Shown piece after piece: positions 57,598-64,000 of a stretch of DNA of 64,000 bases (the stretch's first letter is position 1; the number at the start of each line of letters is the position of its first letter). Below the pieces are notes generated by a model, which had not been told where the DNA came from, did not search any database, and saw only the letters and a program-made list of their open reading frames with translations. The translations under genes were made by a program, and so were the position numbers. Origin of the DNA: Myxococcota bacterium. Its GTDB lineage: Bacteria; Myxococcota_A; UBA9160; SZUA-336. Location of the stretch: NCBI GenBank assembly GCA_965247115.1, contig CBDFGR010000002.1, forward strand, positions 1,920,001 to 1,984,000, read 5' to 3'.

Positions 57598-58668
57598 ATG
57601 CACATCGGGATGGCTTCGATCTGCCAGAACCCTGAGAACTCGCGCCCGGACGGCGAGGTGTACCGAAACGAGCTCGCGCTGGCGGATCTTGCCGAGCCGC
57701 TCGGCTTCGAATCCCTGTGGAGCGTCGAGCACCACTTCACGGACTACACGATGGTGCCGGACGTGCTGCAATTCCTGACGTACATGGCCGGCCGCACGAG
57801 CACGATCAAGCTCGGCTCGATGGTCGTCGTGCTGCCCTGGCACGACCCGGTGCGCGTCGCCGAGCAGGTCTCGATGCTGGACCATGTCTCCGGTGGTCGC
57901 CTCATCCTGGGTCTGGGTCGCGGGGCGGGCCGGACCGAGTTCGAGGGTTTTCGGATTCCGATGAGCGAGTCGCGGGAGCGCTTCATCGAAGCAGCCCAGC
58001 TCGTGCTGAATGGCCTGGAAGAGGGCTACGTCGAGTTTGATGGTCAGCACTACCAGCAGCCGCGCAAGGACGTCCGTCCCAAGCCCGAGCGAACCTTCCG
58101 CGGTCGCACTTACGCTGCGGCGGTCTCCCCGGAGTCCGTAGAGATCATGGCAAAGCTCGGCCTCGGGATCCTGGTCATCCCCCAGAAGCCCTGGGACGTC
58201 ATCGACCAGGAGCTCACCAGCTACCGCAGCGTCTACCAGGACGTGAACGGCGTGCCTGCCCCGGCGCCGATCATTGCGGGCTGGGTCTGTTGCGATGAGG
58301 ACGAGGCGACGGCACGTGAGAGGGCCGTGCGCTGGATCGGTCGCTACTGGCAAACTGCCGTCAAGCACTATGAGATCGGAGGAGACCACTTCGCGAAGGA
58401 GAAGGGCTACGAGTTCTACGCGCAGATGTCCCAGGCCACTCAGGCTGCAGCCGGTGGTCCCGACCAGATGTTGGAGATGTACCTCGACCTGCAGGTCTGG
58501 GGCACGCCCAAGATGTGCGTCGAGCGCATTCGTCGCACGTGTGAGCGCATGCGGGCCGAGACGTTCACTGGCGTGTTCAGCTACGCCGGCATGCCGTACG
58601 CCGAAGCGGAGAAGAATCTGCGGCTGTTCGCCAGCCAGTGCCTGCCCGAGCTCAATAGCGACAGCTGA
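57598..58668 (+). CDS. LLM-class flavin-dependent oxidoreductase
   Basis: AEPLGFESLWSVEHHF, PVRVAEQVSMLD, GRLILGLGRG; SD AAGGAGG. Confidence 0.92.
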   Translation: MHIGMASICQNPENSRPDGEVYRNELALADLAEPLGFESLWSVEHHFTDYTMVPDVLQFLTYMAGRTSTIKLGSMVVVLPWHDPVRVAEQVSMLDHVSGGRLILGLGRGAGRTEFEGFRIPMSESRERFIEAAQLVLNGLEEGYVEFDGQHYQQPRKDVRPKPERTFRGRTYAAAVSPESVEIMAKLGLGILVIPQKPWDVIDQELTSYRSVYQDVNGVPAPAPIIAGWVCCDEDEATARERAVRWIGRYWQTAVKHYEIGGDHFAKEKGYEFYAQMSQATQAAAGGPDQMLEMYLDLQVWGTPKMCVERIRRTCERMRAETFTGVFSYAGMPYAEAEKNLRLFASQCLPELNSDS

Positions 58669-58689
58669 GCAGTGTCCAGCGCGGCGGAA

Positions 58690-58739
58690 GGGTCAGCCCC
58701 CAGCTCTGCGTGATGCCGCAGCCTGACGAAGACTGACCC
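58690..58739. repeat. 50-bp intergenic element with terminal inverted repeats GGGTCAG..CTGACCC and an inner hairpin
   Basis: Between convergent genes; inner CTGCG/CGCAG stem. Confidence 0.5.
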
Positions 58740-58763
58740 CCGCGGGTCCGGCGCGCTGGACTC

Positions 58764-59543
58764 TCAGTCGAGAACGCCCTGGTTCATCTCCCCGCCGTCG
58801 AAGACGATGGTGGTGGCGGTGCAGAAGCGCCCCGCCTCGCCCGACAGCAGCACGGCCAGGCCGGCGATGTCCTCGGGCTCGCCGATGCGAGCGATCGGAT
58901 TGTACTTCGCCAGCGTCTCGGGATTCTTGTCGAATATCTCGACGAGGCCGGCCGCCATCTCGGTGCGCACGAGCCCTGGCGCGATGCACACGACGCGGAT
59001 CCCCTCCTTGCCCCACTCCTTGGCCAGCACGATCGTGAGGTTGCTGAGTGCCGCCTTGGATGGGGGGTAGACGCCCATGCCTATGGAGCCGATCGCGAAC
59101 TCGTTCGACGCGATGTTGAGGATCACGCCGCTTCCGCGCTTCTTCATCGCGGGGTGGCAGAGCTGCGCGAGACGCAGCGGCCCCCACACGTTTGTCCTCA
59201 TGGTCCTGTCGAACTGTTCCTCGTCGAGATCGGGTGCCCTCTCCAAGCCGCCGAAGGCGGCATTGTTGACGAGAATGTCCACGTCCCCGAGCTGTGCGAC
59301 GGTCTCTCCGTGCAGACGCTCGAGGTCCGCGGTCACACTCACGTCGGTGGGAAGGGCGAGCACGCGACGGCCACGCGCTTCGATCTCCTTCGCGGTCTGT
59401 TCCAGCGCTTCCTTTCCGCGCGCGGCGATGGCGACGTCCGCGCCCTTCTCCGCGTAGGCGATCGCGATCGCGCGGCCGATCCCTTTCGAGCCGCCGGTCA
59501 CGATGGCCACCTTGCCCTCCAGCGAGAGGTCGAGCATGGTCAT
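58764..59543 (-). CDS. SDR family oxidoreductase
   Basis: TGGSKGIG, NNAA, YPPSK, IAPG, DGG. Confidence 0.9.
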   Translation of the reverse strand: MTMLDLSLEGKVAIVTGGSKGIGRAIAIAYAEKGADVAIAARGKEALEQTAKEIEARGRRVLALPTDVSVTADLERLHGETVAQLGDVDILVNNAAFGGLERAPDLDEEQFDRTMRTNVWGPLRLAQLCHPAMKKRGSGVILNIASNEFAIGSIGMGVYPPSKAALSNLTIVLAKEWGKEGIRVVCIAPGLVRTEMAAGLVEIFDKNPETLAKYNPIARIGEPEDIAGLAVLLSGEAGRFCTATTIVFDGGEMNQGVLD

Positions 59544-59552
59544 GTCATTCTC

Positions 59553-60959
59553 CTAGTTTGGTGCGCTCTCCGCCTTTGATTCGAGCTCGTCGAGCTGCTT
59601 GTAGGTCGCGTCGAGTGCTTCCGTCAGGATCCCGATGATCTCGTCGAGCTGGGCGACGGTCGTCACCAGCGGCGGCACCACCTCGATGCAGGACCCGCCG
59701 CCGCGCGTGTAGAGCCCCCGGCTGACGCAGTTCTCGCCCGCCGCGGTGATGACGGGGCTGCCGGTCGGGAAGGGCTCGCGTCGCGCCTTGTCTCGAACGA
59801 GCTCCACGGCGCCGATCATCCCGACGGATCGGCCCTCCCCCACCAGGGGATGGCTCTCGAGCTCCTTGAGTCTGGCGTTCAGATGTGGCCCGGTCTCGGT
59901 GCCCACCTGCTCGACGATGCCCTCGCTCTCGAGGATCTCGATGTTCTTCAGCGCGGCGTTGCAGCCGGCGGGATGGCCGCACTGCGTGAAGCCGTGCATG
60001 AAGAAGTCGCCTTCCTGGAACGCCTCGTCCACCCGCCCGCTGATCGCCGTCGCGCCAAGGGGCATGTAAGCCGAGGTGATGCCCTTGGCCATGGACATGA
60101 TGTCCGCGGTGAAGTCGAAGGTCTGCTGAGCGAACCAGCTACCGGTTCTGCCAAAGCCACAGACCACCTCGTCGGCGATCAGCAGCACGTCGTGCTCGTT
60201 GCAGATCCTGCGGATCTCCTGCCAGTAGCCCGGAGGCGGTGCGACGCAGCCCCCACCGAAGAGCAAGGGCTCGCCGATGAATGCGGCAATGTTGTCGGCG
60301 CCGACTTCCTTGATCTTGGCCTCGAGCTCCCCCGCGATCCGCACGCCGTAGGCCTCTGGCGACTCGCCCTCGTCTCGGTAGTAGGGGAAGGGCGCCGAGA
60401 TGCGCTCCACATCGTTATCGAGAGGCAGGCCGAAGGCCTCGTGCATCCCAGGGAGATCCGAGAGGGCGGCGGTGAAGAGGGTCCCGCCGTGATAGGCGCG
60501 AGTGCGGCTCACGATCTTCTTCTTCTTCGGCTTGTCCTGAACGTGCCAGAAGTAGCGGGCGAGCTTGACGGCGCTCTCTACCGCTTCGGAGCCGGAGGAG
60601 GCGAAGAAGACGCGGCTGTAGGCGCTCGGCAGCTTCTCGACGACCTTCTCCGCCAGCCGAGCTGCGTAGGGGTGGGTGACGCGGCCGATCGTCAACCCGT
60701 AGGGCAGCGCGACCAGGGCTTCGTGGGCGGCGTCGGCGATCTCGCGACGCCCGTAGCCGATGTTCACACAGCCCAGACCCGACAGGCCGTCGATCACCCG
60801 TGTGCCGTCGGCGTAGTAGAGGTAGATGTTGTCGGCGGAGACGAAGGTGTCCTTCGGTCCGAGGTGCAGATCCTTTGGCACGCTGAAGCTGTGCAGGTGG
60901 AACTTGCGATCGGCCTCGACGACGCTCTTGGCTTCGCTCTCGCTCAATGCCGTTGCCAT
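59553..60959 (-). CDS. Class III PLP aminotransferase (omega-amine/polyamine type)
   Basis: DGLSGLGCVNIGYGR, SGSEAVE, AYHG, IADEVVCGFGRTG, MAKG, HGFT. Confidence 0.92.
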   Translation of the reverse strand: MATALSESEAKSVVEADRKFHLHSFSVPKDLHLGPKDTFVSADNIYLYYADGTRVIDGLSGLGCVNIGYGRREIADAAHEALVALPYGLTIGRVTHPYAARLAEKVVEKLPSAYSRVFFASSGSEAVESAVKLARYFWHVQDKPKKKKIVSRTRAYHGGTLFTAALSDLPGMHEAFGLPLDNDVERISAPFPYYRDEGESPEAYGVRIAGELEAKIKEVGADNIAAFIGEPLLFGGGCVAPPPGYWQEIRRICNEHDVLLIADEVVCGFGRTGSWFAQQTFDFTADIMSMAKGITSAYMPLGATAISGRVDEAFQEGDFFMHGFTQCGHPAGCNAALKNIEILESEGIVEQVGTETGPHLNARLKELESHPLVGEGRSVGMIGAVELVRDKARREPFPTGSPVITAAGENCVSRGLYTRGGGSCIEVVPPLVTTVAQLDEIIGILTEALDATYKQLDELESKAESAPN

Positions 60960-61034
60960 GCTGGCTCTCCTTTGCAGAACCGCGGATGGCTGATCCGGGT
61001 CCCGGGAATGTGACCTAGTATAGACTCCCCTGGG

Positions 61035-61481
61035 TTATTCGGGGACAGCGTAGAAGAACAGGAACGGGTCGTCGCTCAGCGCCTCGAACCCGATGCGGGT
61101 CGAGGGCGCGATGAAGAAGAAGTCGCCGGCGCTCACGTCGTAGTTTTGGGGCGAGGTGAACGGTGGGGCGGCGGCCGAGACCCTTCCCCTGCCACTGATG
61201 ACGTACACGACCTCGGGGTACCAGTACGTCCAGTTGGCGAGCTTGGTCTTGCCCTTTTCGAAGCGAGCGATTCCTCCCCCCATACCGGGGACAGCCATGA
61301 TCCCTGCGACGTTGGCATTGCCGTCGGGGGTCTCGAGGGTTGTAAAATCCTTCTCCATCGCGGAGAAGATCTTCAAGGGGCCCTCGTGGGAGTCGGCCCG
61401 TGCCGTGTCTCCCAGGGACAGCGCGCAGGCGATTGCCAGCGCTCCCACTAGCAGGCGGTGCATCTGAGTTGCTCTCATCAC
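61035..61481 (-). CDS. Secreted EutQ-like cupin protein
   Basis: Sec signal peptide ending ARA|; cupin strands WTYWYPEVVYVISG and AGDFFFIAP. Confidence 0.7.
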   Translation of the reverse strand: MMRATQMHRLLVGALAIACALSLGDTARADSHEGPLKIFSAMEKDFTTLETPDGNANVAGIMAVPGMGGGIARFEKGKTKLANWTYWYPEVVYVISGRGRVSAAAPPFTSPQNYDVSAGDFFFIAPSTRIGFEALSDDPFLFFYAVPE

Positions 61482-61564
61482 GTCGCTTCCTCCTTGTTCC
61501 CGCGCTTCAGCCCAGGCGAGACTTATATCCGTAGACGCAGCCTATATACGATCCGTCCTGACCC

Positions 61565-61648
61565 ATACAAGCGGCGGGTGGGCGTTAATCGGAGATGCGC
61601 AGGATGGCGCAAAGGGCCTTGTATCCGCGCAGTTTACCACTGTATGAT
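61565..61648. promoter_or_regulatory. Divergent promoter region: ATACAAG-N46-CTTGTAT inverted repeat; TTGTAT-N18-TATGAT for mauB
   Basis: Both directions begin with TTGTAT; inner TGCGC-N6-GCGCA. Confidence 0.45.
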
Positions 61649-61658
61649 CGGGAGCGAT

Positions 61659-62903
61659 ATGAATCGAAACTTGACCATCCTTGGAACGATCCTGACCTTG
61701 GCGCTTCTCCCTTTGGGGCACGCCGGAGCCCAGCAGGCGGCTTCGGGTGAGATGACGAGTTCCATAGGGGCCGCGGGGCCGCATCGGGTGTGGCTCACCG
61801 ACGCCTTCCTTTGGACCCGCTCCGCTCTCATGGACGGCGACACCGGGGACCAGTTTGGCGTGCTCAGCGGGGGTGCCAAGTTCGGCCACATCGTGCCTGT
61901 CTTCTCGCATGACGGCGACGAGATCTACCTGCCGCAGACGCACTTCTCGCGCACCTGGCGGGGTGAGCGCACCGACTTCGTGGCGGTCTACGACGGGCGC
62001 ACGTTCGGAGACCGGGCCGAGATCGTAGTTCCAACAAAGATCGCGCACTATCCTCCCCATGGGGCGGGGAGCGTCGCGCTCTCGGATGAGGGGCGCTTCC
62101 TCGCTGTCTTCAACCTGACACCGGCGACCTCCCTGAGTATCGTGGATGTCCGCGCGCGTAGCTTCGTGCGCGAGATCGACACACCGGGCTGCAGCCTGGT
62201 CTATCCTGCTGGCGAGCGGCGCTTCGCGATGGTCTGCGGCGATGGTTCGGTGCTGGTCGTGGCGTTGAGTGAGGACGGCTCGGAAGAGACGTTCCTGCGC
62301 ACTGCGCCGTTCTTCGATCCCGAGGCCGATCCGATCACCGAGAAGGCTGCTCTCTTCCGGGATAGCGTGGTGTTCGTCTCCTACGAGGGGTTCGTGCACC
62401 AGGTGCACGTCGAAGGGGCTCAGCCGGCGGCCGATGAGCCGTGGTCGCTGGTCACCGACGACGAGCGCGAGGATGGCTGGCGCGTTGGCGGGGTCCGGCA
62501 CCTGGCGGTCCACGAGTCGTCGGGCTCGCTCTACGCGCTGATGCACCAGGGCGAGGCTGATTCTCACAAGGACGACGGCACAGAGGTATGGGTCTACGAC
62601 CTGGAGTCCAAGGAGCGGGTGCGGCGAATCGAGGTGAGGAACGCGAATCTGAACAACCTGCGCCAGAGCCTGCAGGTCGAGAGCGGCGGCTTCTACAGGA
62701 ACGCACTGGACTTTCTTCTGACGCGGCTCGCTCCGAACTACGGAGCCAGCATGATCGGCGTCAGCCAGGACGCGGAGCCCGTACTCTTCGTCGTTGGCGT
62801 CGCCTTGCCGCCAGTGATTTCGGTACATGATGCCCTCACTGGCGAGCACCTGCGGGATCTGTCAGAGGCCGGCTTGATCGTGTCATGGCTCGAGGTCCCC
62901 TGA
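61659..62903 (+). CDS. mauB: TTQ amine dehydrogenase large (beta-propeller) subunit, MauB/AauB-like
   Basis: Signal peptide; FSRTWRGERTD, NLTPATS, EIDTPGC..YP, CGDG, WRVGG, LMHQG..SHKD..TEVWVYD; followed by mauE and mauD. Confidence 0.9.
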   Translation: MNRNLTILGTILTLALLPLGHAGAQQAASGEMTSSIGAAGPHRVWLTDAFLWTRSALMDGDTGDQFGVLSGGAKFGHIVPVFSHDGDEIYLPQTHFSRTWRGERTDFVAVYDGRTFGDRAEIVVPTKIAHYPPHGAGSVALSDEGRFLAVFNLTPATSLSIVDVRARSFVREIDTPGCSLVYPAGERRFAMVCGDGSVLVVALSEDGSEETFLRTAPFFDPEADPITEKAALFRDSVVFVSYEGFVHQVHVEGAQPAADEPWSLVTDDEREDGWRVGGVRHLAVHESSGSLYALMHQGEADSHKDDGTEVWVYDLESKERVRRIEVRNANLNNLRQSLQVESGGFYRNALDFLLTRLAPNYGASMIGVSQDAEPVLFVVGVALPPVISVHDALTGEHLRDLSEAGLIVSWLEVP

Positions 62904-62918
62904 GGCGCGAGGAAGGCC

Positions 62919-63455
62919 GTGGATCCCGTACTCGCGCTCATGCTCCGACTGAGCCTGGCCTGGCTGCTTGGCTGGGCTGCGCTGCACAAGCTGCGCGATT
63001 TCTCAGGTTTCCGTGTCGTCCTCAGCGAGTATCGCCTGGTTCCCGAGTTTGCGATGGGGCTCTTGGCAGCGTTTGCCATCAGTGCTGAGGTTCTGATCGC
63101 CGTCGGGTACCTCGTCCCGGCCTGGAGCCCGGCCGCGGGAGTTGCAGGAGCTTGCCTGTTTGGGCTCTACGCGGCCGCGATCGGCGTCAATCTGGCGCGC
63201 GGCCGCAGCCACATCGACTGCGGGTGCTTCGGACCGGCCCGGCATGAGCCGATCTCACGCGCGCTCGTCGCGCGCAACCTGGTGTTGGCTGCTGCTTCGG
63301 CCGCGTGCCTGTTGCCGCAGGCGGCCCGCTCGTTGGTCTGGCTCGACGCGATCACGATCGCGGGGGGCGTACTGTTCCTCGCGGCGAGCTATGCAGCCGC
63401 CACCCGCCTGATCACTCCAGCCCACGAGCTGGCGCGTTTGCGCGCGGGGGAGTGA
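62919..63455 (+). CDS. mauE: MauE membrane protein
   Basis: AALHKL, YRLVP, NLARGR..IDCGCFG, LVARN. Confidence 0.93.
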   Translation: MDPVLALMLRLSLAWLLGWAALHKLRDFSGFRVVLSEYRLVPEFAMGLLAAFAISAEVLIAVGYLVPAWSPAAGVAGACLFGLYAAAIGVNLARGRSHIDCGCFGPARHEPISRALVARNLVLAAASAACLLPQAARSLVWLDAITIAGGVLFLAASYAAATRLITPAHELARLRAGE

Positions 63456-64000
63456 CGGTGGAGCAGGCGCTAGGAATCTCCAACGTGCTGCTTTGGATCT
63501 CCGTGGTGATCATGGGGGGCGTGATCCTGGCGCTGGTGCGACAGGTCGGCGTGCTCCACGAGCGGATCGCCCCCGTCGGGGCGCTCGTGACCGGCTCCGG
63601 TCCCCGTGTGGGTGAGACCGCTCCCCCCTTCGAGCTCGCCGACCTTCGTGGCGAGCCCGCCAGCGTCGGCGGAGAGCGAGCGGACGGCCTGCACACGCTG
63701 CTGTTCTTCCTCTCTCCGACCTGTCCGGTCTGCAAGACCTTGCTGCCGGTACTCGACTCCATCGTGCGCCGCGAGCGCCGCTGGCTCCGTGTGCTGCTGG
63801 CCAGCGACGGCCCGCGTGCGGAACACGAGGCGTTCGTGGCTGATCGGGGCCTGGAGAGCTTCCCTTATCTGCTCTCGACAGAGCTCGGAGTAACCTACAG
63901 GGTGAGCCGCCTGCCGTTCGCAGTGCTGATCGATTCCGTGGGCGTGATTCGTGCCCAAGGGCTCGTGAACTCTCGCGAGCACGTCGAGAGCCTGTTCGAG
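63452..64000 (+). CDS. mauD: MauD thioredoxin-like accessory protein (3' truncated by the window)
   Basis: Translated by hand: LVRQVGVLHERIAPVGAL..FLSPTCPVCK..ASDG..GLVNSREHVESLFE; GTGA overlap with mauE stop. Confidence 0.93.
   Translation, partial: MTVEQALGISNVLLWISVVIMGGVILALVRQVGVLHERIAPVGALVTGSGPRVGETAPPFELADLRGEPASVGGERADGLHTLLFFLSPTCPVCKTLLPVLDSIVRRERRWLRVLLASDGPRAEHEAFVADRGLESFPYLLSTELGVTYRVSRLPFAVLIDSVGVIRAQGLVNSREHVESLFE

Noticed and set aside
1..64000. tRNA, rRNA, integrase or prophage
   Set aside because: None recognised on either strand by manual reading; a covariance-model scan would be needed to exclude small RNAs

Overview
GC-rich bacterial chromosomal segment with about 60 genes. 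Gene content (DUF3604, luciferase-like monooxygenases, several enoyl-CoA hydratases, class III cyclases, HDOD/PilZ, mauBED) is suggestive of a Myxococcota-like/deltaproteobacterial lineage; this is inference. Most genes are CoA/lipid/amine catabolism and signalling. No rRNA, tRNA or CRISPR array was seen. Highlights: (1) a soluble globin + [2Fe-2S] ferredoxin + class III nucleotide cyclase fusion with a non-canonical base-specifying residue, preceded by a tandem array of hairpin repeats; (2) a decayed HNH-endonuclease element with a perfect 22-bp palindrome at its 3' end and a structured 5' region; (3) a stand-alone HUH (Y1/RAYT-like) transposase and REP/TIR-like intergenic hairpins; (4) a TTQ amine dehydrogenase locus (mauB-mauE-mauD, running off the window) divergent from a secreted EutQ-like cupin, a class III aminotransferase and an SDR; (5) an orphan CbbQ/NorQ + VWA chaperone pair; (6) a zinc-ribbon-rich zf-TFIIB/LemA/HtpX operon; (7) an Ltp2-like aldolase with a cysteine-less DUF35 partner; (8) sigma28-like promoters, leaderless-type starts, and several single-base frameshifts that may be sequencing errors. 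All calls are from motif reading, not database searches.
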